Origin: Camelus dromedarius
Taxonomy: Eukaryota
Length of the DNA: 64,000 bases
Assembly (NCBI RefSeq): GCF_036321535.1
Contig: NC_087436.1
Span: 106,642,001 to 106,706,000, forward strand
Direction of reading: 5' to 3'
In this document: in pieces, positions 12,949 through 26,610 of the stretch
How the letters are laid out: every line of letters begins with the position of its first letter
How positions within the stretch are numbered: the first letter of the stretch is position 1
Notes under the pieces: model-generated
Databases searched by the model: none
What the model was told of the DNA's origin: nothing
Seen by the model: the letters and a program-made list of their open reading frames with translations, nothing else
Position numbers and translations under genes: made by a program

Positions 12949-13284
12949 GCTGTGCTCTGAATGCTCGTGTCCCCTTGAAATTCATCTGTTGAAACTTAAC
13001 CCCGAGGATGATAGTCTTTGGGTGGTGTGGCCTTTGAAATGTGATTAGGGCACCCTCATGAATGGGGTTTGTGCCCTCACAGCAGTGACTGGAGAAAGCG
13101 TCCTTGCCCCTCCCACCACAGGGGAGAAGATAGCTGTTCACGAAGGAGGAGGTCCTGGCCACTGAGCCTGTCGGCACCTGGATCTTGGACTTTCTAGGCT
13201 CCAGAACTGTGAGAATTAAATATTTGTTGTTTAGAAGCCAACCAGTTATGATATGTTGTCATAGCAACCCAAATGGCCTAAGAT
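12949..13284 (+). mobile_element. MaLR LTR, MLT1A-like
   Basis: 'tctgaatgctcgtgtcccc..aaattcat..gttgaaacttaacccc' and 'gatcttggactttctaggctccagaactgtgagaa'; ends 'catagcaacccaaatggcctaagata'. Confidence 0.85.
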
Positions 13285-14094
13285 AAGCCTTCTTTCTTGA
13301 CTTTGTCTGGAATAGTTGTTCCCAAGCTTGAGACAGTTAGGGACACTGCCTTCACTACTTCGGTCATATCAGAGTAGCTCCTGTACAGTTATTTGTTTTT
13401 ACCTTTTTTTCTAAGATCAACTTATTTTAAAAAATTATATCAATTTATTGTGAAAGAAAATGTTACATTGTTCATTAAACCATTTTCTGTAGTCATAGAA
13501 AGTAACTTAATTAAAAATTATTGTTGTATCACCTAAAATTACATCACTTATCACCAGTCTTGAGCCCCTACCTTTCTTTGAGAAAGACTAGAATCCTTGT
13601 CTTCAACTCCAGACTACGTGAATGACAAATTAAAGTTCTCATTTTCTGTCTGACTTTATTATGACACTCGATCACCCAGTTGGTCTGAATCCCAAATTGT
13701 CTCTGCTCCGTTCTATTTGTCTGGGACTCCTATTAATTACTACGAATTCCCTCATCTCCAGCCAGTTCTGTGGACTAATTTGAGTTCTAGTTTGGATAAC
13801 AGTTGGTTTTAAAGTTAAAGCAGGTCTAACATTCTCTGCCACTACAAAAGACAACCCTCCTCCATCGCCCCCAAACCTAGAGTTCAATCTTCCTCTCTTC
13901 CTTCTTAAAGATTTAACTTTCCCAACCGAAGCCAGTTATCTTTAAGTTTTCCCAGCTGGCATATAGAATCTACCCCCCCCCACCAAAAAAAAAAGAGAGA
14001 CACGAAATCATTTAAAAAAATGTCAGTTATGAACCAAATTCAGTTATAGATGCTCTATAAATCTGAATCCATCCAATACTTTCAAACCAGTCAC

Positions 14095-14220
14095 TGTAAT
14101 CCCCATTTTACAGGTAAGTAAAATGTACTGAAGAGAACATAGGAAACTTGCAAAGGTAATGCAAGGATAAAGCTGAGAGGCAAACCAAGTTGTATCTGAC
14201 AAAAAAGTGTGTGCTTCTTC
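14095..14220 (-). mobile_element. MIR SINE
   Basis: 'atccccattttacagg' core-like. Confidence 0.5.
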
Positions 14221-15689
14221 CAGTAAAAATCCTGTAGATGGGAGTCCATTGGCATTTCAAAGATACGATACGCAGAGTTGATAATCCCTCTTAAACTGAC
14301 AAAAACTCAATCATTTTTGTGATTCAAATAGCTACCAAATATATGTGTTTCTGATTCAAACTGCACTTAAGGCATGAAAAGACTGTTTTCAAAGAGCCAT
14401 TTAATGTTGAAGAGCCTTATAAATAGGATCAGGCGACTCAAGGTGGCTAAATGAGAAGATCTATTTCTTGTTTCAGTCTTAAATGTGCTGAAATGATACC
14501 CAGTTCATAATGCTACCATTGATATGCCCAGAGGGTAGGGTCCTGTGACTGCTTAATCTCATGTTCCCTCAGAGCAGAGGACTGCATAATCTTTCATTGT
14601 GTGAGGGCACCATAATTCATTGGAGCATTTCTCTCTTTCTGGATATTTGGTTGATTTCCTTTCTTGCTTATACGAATAATCCTGTTATTATTAGTTTTAA
14701 AGTTCAATTTGATAGGCAAGGAGATGATATTTCATTTTTAAAGTGATGTGTTTTATAGTTTATGAGTTGAAAAGTGAGTATGTGTGTACATGAGACATTA
14801 ATTTCTTTTTTTTAACAATTTTCAGTATATATAATTCTGCATCTGTTTGTATGGCTGCCTTTTTCTCATCGACTCGCTTGCTTCATGAACACAGGGGCCT
14901 TGTTTGTGCTGTTTAGTGGTATTTTCCCAGAGTCTAGAATAGTACCGGCCACACAAACAAGCAGATTAAATAGCGGAGGTTCCCAGTGTTTACCTAAGAA
15001 TGTTAATAGAGCTTCCCTTAGAATGAAAACGTTACAGAAACTAGCACAAAATCTGAATGTAAAATACATTCTTCTGGTCAGACAGCTCATCCTGAGTTCA
15101 GGCTACATGATTTCTTAGTGTCACATAGATCTCAGCTAGCAGATGTGGGTCTGAATGTCTGCTTTCTCACTGTAAATTTCTGACTCAACTATAGAGAAAC
15201 ATAGAAGTTTGACCCTCCCCCTTTGGGCCTTTAAGTTTTGAACAACAAAATTCTCTGGAGAAATGAGAAATGAGTAAGTGAATAAATAGTTGTTTAAAAA
15301 TTAGAAAGTCCAAGTTGCAAAAAAAAAATTCATGAGTTATGAAGGAGAGACGACTTAACAATGAGAAGTTGTGATATAGACCAATCTTTTACTTTTTCCA
15401 AACTTTCACTTAATAAAAGTGGAAAGAACTTTTGTTCTTCCATCACGCTGTAAACACTATGTGTTTTGCTAAACTTTTCAAGTTTGAAATGTTTACTACA
15501 TAACCCAATTAAAATTCCTGAAACACATACATGCACTCCCCCATACATGCGCAATAAAGTCAATAAACTTTGTTTTACCCCCAGAAAGAAACTTCTTAGC
15601 TGGGAGGGGGGGCTTTCTTATAGCTTTTACAATGAGCCCAGCACTGCGTTCAACACTTAATATTCATTAGCTCAGGTGACTCTAAGGTA

Positions 15690-15825
15690 TTTGTCCCAAT
15701 TGACAGTTGTGAAAACTGAAACACAGGAAGATTAAATAACCTGTTCCATGACAGACAGAAAGCCTCTAAGAGGCAAAAGTAGGATTTCAACCCAGGCAGT
15801 CTGGCTCAGAGTCTGAATTCTTAAC
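15690..15825 (-). mobile_element. MIR SINE
   Basis: 'gaaaactgaaacacag...ggatttcaacccaggcagtctggctcagagtc'. Confidence 0.7.
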
Positions 15826-15929
15826 GAGGAAACATAATTCTACAAGCCAAGGCTTCTACTTCTTCTGCATGTGTATGTCGAGTTTCTCTCTCTTTGTAAC
15901 AAAAGTTTATAAATTTAGTGTTAATTATA

Positions 15930-16140
15930 TCCTGGGTGCAATTCTAAGTGATGTGTTACACATACTAACTCATTTATATTTCAAAATAACCTCACAAGGG
16001 GGACACTCACTATTAATACCATTTCCACTCTTCAAATGAAGAAACTAAGACAAACTGAAGTCAAATAACTTGATCTAAGTTGTATGTTTGTAGGTGGTAA
16101 ATCCAGACAATGACCAAGGAACTGAAACTTACTCTTAACC
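15930..16140 (-). mobile_element. MIR SINE
   Basis: 'caaatgaagaaactaagaca...aaataacttg'. Confidence 0.6.
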
Positions 16141-16469
16141 CCTTTGCATCCTCTATTTTTCCTCTCTTTTTCCCTCTCCTCACTTCGACACTTCCTCCTC
16201 CTCCTTCTTTTTTTTTTCTCTTCTCCTCTCTGTATCTCCCTATCTCTTCTTCATCAATCAAAGCATTATAGCCACATATTATCTTCAAACCTTTCGATTT
16301 TTAGTTTATAATGTACTTCCAGTTAAAATGGTAACCAGGCACCCATCATCTCCCATTTATTTTGCAAACAATACAAAAAATTTCTGTAAGTTGTTACAAA
16401 AAATAGAAAAAAAAATAGTTCTCATTAACATACAGTTCTGTCTTTTCTAGGCACAGGAGTCATTGTTTT

Positions 16470-16785
16470 CTAGTCCTTATTATAATTAGATGGGATCATA
16501 TGACCAGTTCTGGCCAATAAACTGTGAACAGAAGTGACACTTGTCACTTTCAGACTTGGCAGTGGAAAAGTCTCACCTGTAGTTGGCAGAGCAGCAAAAT
16601 CAAAGTACATTGGGTCACTGAGTCTCACTACATGGAACACAATTCCAATAAAGACATGTTGATAACATTGCTTATTTCTCATTCATTTGCATAAGAAAGA
16701 AACAAAATGCCATATTTAAAACATTGGTATTATGGGTTTATTTTATGTTATGGTTTAGCCTCATCTATTCTGATTAATATTACAG
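16470..16785 (+). mobile_element. MaLR LTR, MLT1J-like
   Basis: 'catatgaccagttctggccaataaactgtgaacagaagtgac'. Confidence 0.55.
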
Positions 16786-17165
16786 CCAAAACTTACAGCT
16801 AATTTAACAAAGCTTGTGTAGTTTTGTTACAAATTAAAGACAGTACAAGAAAAGGAAGTAATAAGCTCACTTTACTTATGAATGTAGATTAAAAAAATCT
16901 AATTATCATACGTATGTATATTATAGTATTATATAAAAATAAATTCAATAAGTTTTATAAAATCTGGTATGATCCCTAAGTTAGGTTTATCCTTGGAATG
17001 CAAGATTGGCTTAATATTGGAAAGTCTACAAATATGGTGATATATTACATTAATGTAGGAGAAAAGTGAAGTGATTATCTAAATAGATGGAGAAAGATAT
17101 TTAATAGATTTTAACATGCATTCATGATTTAAAGATTCTTGATACACTGAAAATTTAAGGACCCT

Positions 17166-17848
17166 GTCTATCTTAGTGTTATGAATGGGAAGCAGACTCT
17201 GAGACAGACATCTTCATGTAGAAAGTTTATCGAGGAGTGCTCTCACAAACAATACTGGGGATTCGGGAGAGTTCAGGGAGCAGTATTGGACAAGAGAAGA
17301 TCAACTGCTGTGAAATTGTAACAAAGACCTTATCTAATCCTGTAAGGAGTGTGGGCTTGGCCATTCAGAGTTAAACTCATTTGAAACAAGAGGGCCATAT
17401 TTGTAGATACTGACAGATATATATATATATAGAATAGATAAACAAGTTTATACTGTATAGCACAGGGAAATATATTCAAGATCCTGTAATATCATGGTGA
17501 AAAAGAATATAAAAATGAATATATGTACATTCATGTATGACTGAAAAATTGTGCTGTACACCAGAAATTGACAAAACATTATAAACTGACTATAACTCAA
17601 AAAAAAAAAAAATTAACACACACACAAAAGAAGCAAGAGGGTCATAATTGTATACAACCAAATCTCCCCATCATTAGCTGTAGGATGTCCCTAGGAAAGG
17701 GCCATGAGCTTGTACAAGGTGAGTCTCGTCAGCCAAGGTCAAGTGTTGGAGGGACCTGGATGAAAGCTGTTGATATGCCAGCAGCTAGGGGAATGGGTTC
17801 CAGTCTTGAAGGAGAGGATCTGACCAGGACACCATAGTATCCACTACA
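17166..17848 (-). mobile_element. ERVL LTR, LTR33/LTR16-like
   Basis: 'gggaagcagactctgagac...aagtttatcgaggagtgctct'; ends 'ccatagtatccactaca'. Confidence 0.7.
17399..17629 (+). mobile_element. Young 5'-truncated L1 3' end (camelid-type)
   Basis: 'tactgtatagcacagggaaatatattcaag...gtgctgtacaccagaaattgac...gactataactc' plus poly(A); 16-bp TSD at 17383-17398 and 17630-17645 (2 mismatches). Confidence 0.9.
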
Positions 17849-19739
17849 TTTGGTAAACATATGTAACAGAGAAATTTAAATTTATTCTCTACAAGGCAAC
17901 AAAGCTCACTATTACATTTTTTAAAAACATAGAGCAGGAGGTCCTGGGAAAGTTCTTAGAAAATAAAAAGAAATAACGGGTACAGGGACTGAAAGGAAGG
18001 ATCTAAAACTATCATTAATTGTAGAAGATATGCTCATCTACATAGAAATAATAGAAGTAGCAAACAACTGTATCAAATGAGAAAATTTAATAAGCTTATG
18101 ATACAAAAGTACAATTTGAAGTAGTCTAAAGATCAATTTGCAGTACTCTAAAAAGTAGATGCAATTCATGTATCAACAAATACTATTCTGAATCTAGGAA
18201 ATAACAAAGAATTCTTAAGTCTACTATGGAGATAAACAATATTCCATCAACAGGATGACTTAATGTTATAAATTCCCCATGGTCTCACAGTAAGTACATT
18301 CTCAAATGTATATGGAGAGATAAAAATGCACATCATGCATTGGGAGAGTTGAAACAGGAATACACATCTACCTCTATCTTGATTTAATACTAATTTTTAA
18401 TTACAAAGAAGGATTCCTTCAGGTAGCCACATAGAAACACCAAGTCTACTTTCTAGGGTAAAAACCCCATTTCAGCCTCAGTCTTCTCAGAAAACTATAG
18501 TAAAATATGCAAAATTCTAAGAAAAAGAAAGCATTACCTAAAATTGTCATACCCAGCCAAGATATGCTCAAGAAGACAAGACAGTAGACATACAGGACAA
18601 AAGAAATACAAATTTCAGAAAACTCAGACAAAATAGAATTCATAATCTCTCCTTTGAAAAAATATGCTAAATGCTAACCAAAATGCAGATTAAAATATGA
18701 GTCCAAAAGTGGGGCAAGTGTCCATAAAATTATTAAATCTATTTAAATGTAGAAATGAGACTAAGTGACTGGGATAAGTATGGTTACAGAGCAGAATACA
18801 AGTTGTAGAAGATTTGTAATACAATATGTACTTCAAAGGGGATAATTAAGGGAGGGATAAAGTGTGAGGAAATGTGTGAGTCTAGTTCATATTTGATAAG
18901 GAATTGTTCAAAATTGTCTGCATCGAACATGAGCCTAAATTCATTTTGCCTTGGTTTCTTAATATTTTCAATGTTTCTTTCCTAGAGGAATTTAAAGCAT
19001 TCAATATCTCATAATTTAAAAACCAAATAAAGAACATTTTAAGTAAGATATTTTAATTCCTTTAGATTGACTACATTGTCTTTAATATTCAGGGAAAATT
19101 AAATTAAGTCCTTTTAAACTTAATACCAGTATATTAGCATGTCTCAATGTGTATGTATCTATCTGCCTGTATTATGTCTGTTTTCAATGAGTTAAAAAAT
19201 ATGAGCTCTTAGATGTATGGAGATCTCACAAAATATTGATTATTTCTGGAAAGCAAGATTATTTGGGAGTAATTTATTCTTTTATTCTTTTTTTTATGAC
19301 TAGTGTGCAGATATATTACTAAAACAATAAAAGGATTATGCTTAATGAAATAAGTAAATATAATCAAATGAAAACTTATAAATAAGAAATCAGGAAATTC
19401 TATTAATAAAAGTAAAGAGACTGATTACAAAATTAAACATAAGTTCAACAGATTATTTACATATCAAATAGTAGCCAACTAGAAAACAAAATGAAGAAAA
19501 ATTTCATTTCCAAGAATAAAAAGTATAATAAAGACCCTGGGACAAACTCAGCACTTAAACTTGGTTCTGACACTGTTTAGAATAAAATTGAACTAATTTA
19601 TAAAAATGTATACGTAAAGATTTTTCTTCTTCATTGTTATATTTATGGTTGAAAAAAATGTATATTCTAAATATAGTATTAATTAAAGTAATATCATATA
19701 CTTATACAGTTCTTACTAAGGTACTAAGCATTTTTCTAA

Positions 19740-19830
19740 ATTCTGCACATTTATTAACTCCACTTATCCTTAATGTAATCTGATTATCCCCATTATACAG
19801 ATGAGAAAACTAAACCACAGAGAGATTTAA
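19740..19830 (-). mobile_element. MIR SINE
   Basis: 'ttatccccattatacagatgagaaaactaaaccacagagag'. Confidence 0.75.
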
Positions 19831-21349
19831 ACCCATCTAAGTGCTCATCAATAGTCAATGCATTAAAAAAAAAGAGGCATGCATAGCATTGCAAGGTAAT
19901 CTGATAGAGTCAACATGATAAAATATCTCTATGAATTGACTTAGAAATAAATCCAATGCATCAATAAATGAGAAAGTAGATATCAATATAGCATTGGCTG
20001 TATGATTAACTTATGTAAAGATTTCTCTGTTTTTACCTGTATCTCCAGGTTTACCTTTGGTCGGGTTCATGGCTCATCTATAGTTACAGATTTCTATTTG
20101 CACAAAACAATACCTGGAAAAACGTTTTCAAAATGATGAAAGTTTATTTCTCAAAGATGGAATTATTTAAATTTTTTATTCATAATTTTATGCATTGCTT
20201 CAATCTTTAATGTATTTTTCTTATTGACAAAAATATGTTGCTTTTGAGGAGAAATACATAGCACAGATAGACACAGGTATGTTATAAAACATCATGTATG
20301 TTTTGCATGTATGATGTAATTAATGTTCATGTATCGTCTGAAATAACATACAGCATAGAGTTAGTAATATTTACATACAAGCGGTGTAGGCAACTTTAAA
20401 AATATTCTATTTATCTGCATTCTTTAGTTTTTCCTCAATGTGCACATTATACCATATTAAGCAGTAACATTGACTATAAATACATTCAAAACAAGATGTC
20501 AGCCGTATATAGCACATGTAGTAAGTAATCCTTTCTGATCTGTAAACTCATTGAATATATATGTTATATACGTTTATTCAAAAATAGCTTTAGTAATTGC
20601 TTCTGTTGTCAGGTGTGCTTCTAGAAATGCCCACATCTGACCTCCCTTTCTTTGCTCTCCATCCTTACCGTAAGTGTCTGCACCTTTGAGTTTTTCCTCT
20701 TCACTCTGAAATTTTTTTGCAGAGTCTGATTTAAACTTATCACTAATTCTATAGTGTTAATTCTGCTCTTTATTGCTTTGAATGCAAATTTCTATTCTAT
20801 TATTGCATTTTTAATCTCCTTATAATCTTTCTTTATCATGTCAAACTCCTGCCTTTTATTTCTACCTGCCTCTCAGCCAACTCCCTTCTTATCTCAACTT
20901 ATTTTCGTATAATCTCATCTTTCATCTCATTATTCAGACTGTAGTTTTCATTTCTATGAAGATTACAAAGCAGACAGTTTCTGCAGTTTCTGTTTTCTTT
21001 AGTGAATTTTTCAGCTTTTTTTTTTTTATCTGCATCTTGATTGCTCTTTCTTCCTTTAAATGTGCACAATATTTTCACTGGACCCATTTATTTTTCTGTT
21101 TTCAGTGTTGCCATCTTTAAACAAAGCAGTATCTATCGATGGTTGATGGAGGACTATCATTTTCTTCCACTCTGCCTCACATTACTGTTGAAGCCCTCTT
21201 CCCGGATCTTGAGCAAAAGGCTGGCTGTTTTTCACGGCTCAATGCCAAATTTATGGTGTCTAGCGGTCAATGGCGGTATTGAGGCTTTCAACATGTATTC
21301 TTGAGGTATCCTTGACTTGCTGTGAGGATGCAACATATTGTAGTAATTA

Positions 21350-21500
21350 GGATATTAGATGTATACAGTAAAATGGTGCATTCAAATTCTGGGTCTACCA
21401 ATGATTAGAAGAGTCATTTAACTTCTACAAGACCTACTTTTCTCTATCCGTGAAATGGTCACTATAATAGCACCGACCTTATTGCATCATATGAGGATTG
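21350..21500 (+). mobile_element. MIR SINE
   Basis: 'gtcatttaacttct...tttctctatccgtgaaatgg...ataatagcaccgacct'. Confidence 0.65.
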
Positions 21501-21569
21501 AAACTGGTATCAAACACATACTGGACTGAAGTACTTCCAAAATAACCCACAGAATTTTCCCAATTATTT

Positions 21570-21690
21570 TATACTCTTGTAGGTGAAGAAATTGAGGTAG
21601 CAACAAATTAAATTATTTGGCCAAGGTCAAATGTAGCTTGTAAAATGTAGAAGTGGCATTAGAATCGAGACAGTCTGGTTTCCTGTGCTC
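21570..21690 (-). mobile_element. MIR SINE
   Basis: 'gtaggtgaagaaattgagg...ttggccaaggtca'. Confidence 0.65.
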
Positions 21691-21970
21691 TGTTTTTAGA
21701 ATCTGATAAATGTTTGCTATTATTATTACTAGGAGGGACACTTATTTATGGGTGTCTGAAAGGAGTGAGGAGTTCTTCCATTTCCTGAAACCAAAAAAAG
21801 GCAAAACTTGGTGTTCCACTAACATCTTTTTTTTCTTTTCATGTTATATTCGAAGATGAAAATTTGCCGCAGCTTTACTTCTCTGTTTATGAGTGTGTAG
21901 AATTCCTGAAAACTGTAATCCCTGAAAATATTTAGTTGTCCAAACGGGGGAATCTGGAATCTGGTGTAGA

Positions 21971-21972
<2 letters not shown>

Positions 21973-22006
<34 letters not shown>

Positions 22007-22020
22007 ACACACACACACAC
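21973..22020. repeat. (AC)n microsatellite with one interruption
   Basis: Direct read. Confidence 0.95.
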
Positions 22021-22461
22021 AGAGCTGCTTTAGAATCCATGTTTCATATTCTGCTTGCTAGGGCTGTGGCTGTGGCCCAACAATGTACTTGTGGTTGGTG
22101 GCTGTCGCAGATTCTGCTTTTCTGAGCCAAGGCCCAGGCAAGTGTGTTGATGCGCCTCCGCATTGTCCTTCACGTTGGCATTTTTGATCTCCTGCAAGTG
22201 ACAAGGTATATATTAATGTCACCTGACAATTGTGTTTCTCTTTTCCACTCCATGAATATTATAATTAGAGGAAATTCCTCTAAGATTTTGGCAGTAGATT
22301 AGTTGTCAATCTTAGTTTCTTGGTTTATTATGCACTCTCATCTCTTTCTGTATTTTCCTAGATATTTAGGATGAAAATCACAAAGTCTGAGATGAACAAT
22401 GCACTTCACTTTCTTAAGCTGCTTTCTTCTCACTTCTGTCCCTGCCTTCCATCTACGCATG

Positions 22462-22489
<28 letters not shown>
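22462..22489. repeat. (CA)14 microsatellite
   Basis: Direct read. Confidence 0.95.
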
Positions 22490-22493
<4 letters not shown>

Positions 22494-22834
22494 TGGAGAA
22501 CTTGAATATATATTAATGTCAGTGCAGTATAACAACAAATAGATTAATGTTAACATTACATTAAAGAAAAGAGTAATTTCCTTGAGAAAGTTTGCTCTGT
22601 GCCCCTTGTTCTGTGATGTCAGGAGGGTCTGAATCAAAATAGATAAAGATACAGATAGATTTGTGGATTGGAGGGTTAAAAAATTTCAGAAAACTCCTCT
22701 TAATTGCCAGAGTTGTCAGCAAAAAGTAAGATTTACAGAGAGTGAGCAAGAGAAGATTGGAATTGTGTTTAAAGTAGAGACCTGGCAAAAGTTTTCAAAG
22801 ACTACTGCATGAAATGAAGAAGAGCCATGGTTTT

Positions 22835-23240
22835 GTTAGGATAAAGATCTGTCCAGTGTATCAGAGACAAAAATAACGGTGGCTTCAACAAGAAAGAAAC
22901 CTTTATCCCTTTCACATATCAATCTCAGCATAAGCAGCACAGACTTACTTAGTGGCCCGATAGTCTTGGGGAACAAAACCCTTTCTGTTTGGTTGCTCTG
23001 TATTTTGCCTTCACTGACACCATCCAAGATTATTTCCCACCACATCCACATTTCAGGCAAGAAGAGGGAGGGTGAAGAGCTGAAGGACAGCAAATTTGTG
23101 GACTTTAAGGCCACTCCTAGGAAGATGAACACATTCCCTTATAGAAAGCTCAGCAGGGTCACACTAGCTACAAAGGAAGTTGGGAACTGTAGTCTTCAGT
23201 TAGGCAGCCATAGCCAGAGTTAAAACTTCGTGGTTCCCGG
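22835..23240 (-). mobile_element. MaLR LTR, MLT1J/K-like
   Basis: 'aaataacggtggcttcaacaaga' and 'ctagctacaaaggaagttgggaactgtagtctt'. Confidence 0.6.
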
Positions 23241-23632
23241 AGGAATGCAAGAAGGGAAACCAGAGGAAACCACATTCTATGACAGAGTCAACAGGGCCAT
23301 ATCTTGACAGGTCCTAGCAAAGTTTTGAAATGAACCAAGTTTGCTTCTGAAAGTTTCCCTCTTTCCCATTGCCCTCAAGTCCAGTGTTTTCATGATTTTC
23401 CCCAAATGCTTAGCATCTTTATCTCGTATGTGGGGCAGGAAAATTAAGCTCTATCTCAGCTTCCCATTTATACTATACTTTCATGTGGTCAACTGACTTC
23501 TGTTTGGACGTTTCCAGAGCAAGAACTCAGGACTCCATTAGATTGCTGGACAGTTCGTATTTTCAGAACTTTCTTTTTTCAATTAATTTGATGATGTTGT
23601 TATAAATTAAATATGTGACAGACAAAGCCCAT

Positions 23633-23960
23633 TACATATTCAACAGTCATTTCCCTTTTCTTTCCTGCCAGCAAACTCCAATTTGTTCAGATAGTACCCG
23701 AAGAGCCTTTGATTGCACAGAATTTAGACTTCTACCCCAGAATAAATCATGATTGATGCAATCCAGTCATCACTGTATCATTTTCCTCAGCGAGACATGC
23801 TCCCCAGTTCTGAGACAAGAAGAGAAATTGAGGAACGGGTGACTGGAGCTGTTTCTTACCAAATAAAAATAAAGTGATTAAAGTAGCAATGTTGTTTAAA
23901 GAAATGCAAATTGTATTTAACACCATGGAGAAAGCAGGAAGATCGACTGACAGATTAGTT
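23633..23960 (+). mobile_element. Old MaLR LTR fragment (MLT1K/L-like)
   Basis: 'tgtgacagac...ttcccttttctttcctgcc' and 'aatcatgattgatgcaatccagtcat'; weak similarity. Confidence 0.4.
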
Positions 23961-25844
23961 AGACTGGTTGGATACCGCATATGTTAATGCTGCACAACTA
24001 GTAACCTTAATTGACTGCAGCAATCAGAATTGGAAGTGGAACTCGGCTAGAATCCGAGAAATCAAAGAGTCAGTGCCTGGGGACAGGACACACTCTGACC
24101 TAGTGGCGTTCAAGGGAGAGTTTCTGGACCTAGAAGCACAGTGGTCCTGGAGGAAATGGAGAGGGTTAGGAGGTCCAGGAAGGTAATGTAGAGACAACAT
24201 GAGAGAGACAGGTAGAGAAAGAAGAGACATCTAGCAGAGAGACCGCCAGGTGGACAGTCCCTGCGGGATGACTCATGAGGGGGCTGAAAGAGTCAAGCCA
24301 CTGGGTTTGCAAAACCCAAAAGTGGGATCCTAGTCTCTAAGAGACCTCCTCATAAATAAACAAACATAGCAAGCTCAACACATCAGTGAAGCTGAGGGAG
24401 CAGGTGTCCTAGATCGAATCTAAAGATGGAATTTAGAAACAGAACTATTGAGGGGCATGGTTTTGCAGCTCAAGTCCTAAGACAGGGCAGCATGTATTTG
24501 AACTGGTAGGGAAACGTCTAGTAGACAGACCACCGGGTGGACGATCCCTGAAGCAGGGCGTAAAGGCAGAACGCTGGGAAGTCTACTTTTCTATTCTGGA
24601 AAATACTGGCATAGAAACATCTTACTCTTCCTTACTCTTCACCTCCTTTCGTTTATTCCAATGCCACTTGTGTCTTGATCTTTGACTCTATTTCTTTATT
24701 TTGCCTTTGCTGCCGCCTTCGAAGTTCCAGGCTTACACTGGACTCTCAGCGCTCCCTAAACGCTCTGCCTCTAATCTACTTTGGAAATTTTTTTGTTTTT
24801 GTTTGTTTTCTGGCACCTTGCAATTGAATCCCCAGCCTGAATGAAGTTCTGTGTAGCTGGCACCTAGGCCTGGCTTGCTGGAGCCCCAGTCTGGGTGGGA
24901 TCTGATGAAGGGTCAGGCAGATGGCTGTTATCCAGTGTTGTCGTCCTAGCTTTGTCACTTGCTGCAAATTGGCAACGGTATGTCAAGAACCAGTTTCAGA
25001 GACAGGAAAGACTCTTCCACGTGGAAAAACTGAGGCTCCCTGCTTTAGTGGTGGAAAACAATCAGGCAAAGACCAGTTGCTCACCATTGTTACAATAAAT
25101 GGTCTTCTGAGGACCCTGGTGACATGCTGAGGACCAGCGGTTGCTTTGTTGAGATTCCCACTTTGGGTCAGACATTTTCAGCAACAGAGAGCATGGACTG
25201 TTTTCCCTCCCTGATTATATTAGTTGAGACAATACCAGAGGCTTGGTACTCCATTTGGCATCTAGGCATATCATCCTGTCTTGTTCTACTTGTCAAACAA
25301 GTTTGAAACTGTCACCAGCATCCTGACCAATTCACCCTGCCTTGTATTTCTTGGCCCCAGACATCTGGAGATTTGAGGCCCTGCCATCAGATCTCAAATT
25401 GTCATTCCCTCTCAGTCCCAGCAATGGCATGTCCCTGCTTGAAAGGAAAAGAGATGGGGTGGATGATCATTCCAGCTCAGAAATTCCTAATTCTCAGTCA
25501 CATTTTATTTTCTCCTTCAGAAATGATTAGGTGTCTGCTAGAGATGGCCTTTGTGCTCTGACCCGGACTTTTCACCCTGTCATCTGGCTTAACTCGCTCA
25601 TGCTTTCTCTGCGTCCCCTTTGACATCAATACGTTATTTCTGTTCTCTTCCCTAGTCTTCTCAATTCCTTTTCCATTCTTCATGCTCTCTCTCATCCTCT
25701 GTCCCTCCTTTGTATGCACTTCCATTCTCTAAAACTCCTTATGTATCCTATATGGCAATTTGTCCCTAGTGGTGGCAGGAAAGAGACAGATAAGCTATTG
25801 CAAGCTTTCTTTCCAAGATTCATAATTATATTTCAACAACAATA

Positions 25845-26095
25845 AAAAATATTGATTGCTAAGCATTCTCTCAGGTCCCAGTGATAAAGTGATCAAAAAG
25901 ACAGTTCCTGTCCCTGGAAGAGCTCACAGTTCCATGCAAAAAAACAAACAAACAAACAAACAAAAAAACCAAAGAGATGCATAAATAAGTACTTACAATA
26001 CAGTGGGGTAAATACTACAGAAGAGTTATGCATAAAAGCTGTAAGAATATTAATGATGGGGCAATATATTCTGTCTGTAGAGTAAAAGAAGGCTA
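25845..26095 (-). mobile_element. L2 fragment with an internal (AAAC)n tract
   Basis: 'aaaagacagttcctgtccctggaagagctcacagt'. Confidence 0.55.
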
Positions 26096-26271
26096 TAGAC
26101 TAAATCCAATAATTAAATGCCTTCTCCCCACAATGTACTCAAGAAACTTATTGCAAACTCTAGAATGCTAGAGATAAGGGTAGTCCTTGTTTTACCTGTG
26201 GAAAAAAATAGACCTCAAGATGCTGAAAGACTTGCTGAGAGTCACTGAACTTGCTATGACAATGGATCTTT

Positions 26272-26610
26272 GATCTTATGTATCAGGAAAAGGAACACTA
26301 GCTGCTTTAACAGACAAAGCCTCACAATCCCATGCTTCATACACCAGAAGGGTCTCCCTCTTTCTTTATTCGAAGCTGATGTGGGCCAGGTGGTCTTCAT
26401 CTACCTTGTGGTTACGTCATTTGCAACACATGGCCTCCAAAATCATTCTAACAGGAAAAGAGAGAGGTAAGGGAGACATACCAACACTTAATTGCCTTGC
26501 CCTTGAAGTGACCAATATCACCTTCTCTCACAGTTCATTGGCATACACAAGCCTTACTGTCCCACTATGAGAAATGTATTAGAACGCCTGGGATATATTG
26601 GTTCTAAACT
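26272..26610 (-). mobile_element. MaLR LTR, MLT1J/K-like
   Basis: 'ctagctgctttaacagacaaa' and 'gaagtgaccaatatcaccttctctcacagttcattggc'. Confidence 0.55.

Larger units (their letters stand above)
16860..18350 (+). mobile_element. Old L1 (L1ME-type) ORF2 remnants, interrupted by an LTR
   Basis: 'ggtttatccttggaatgcaagattggcttaatattggaaa' and 'gaagatatgctcatctacatagaaa' resemble the L1 RT region. Confidence 0.6.
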
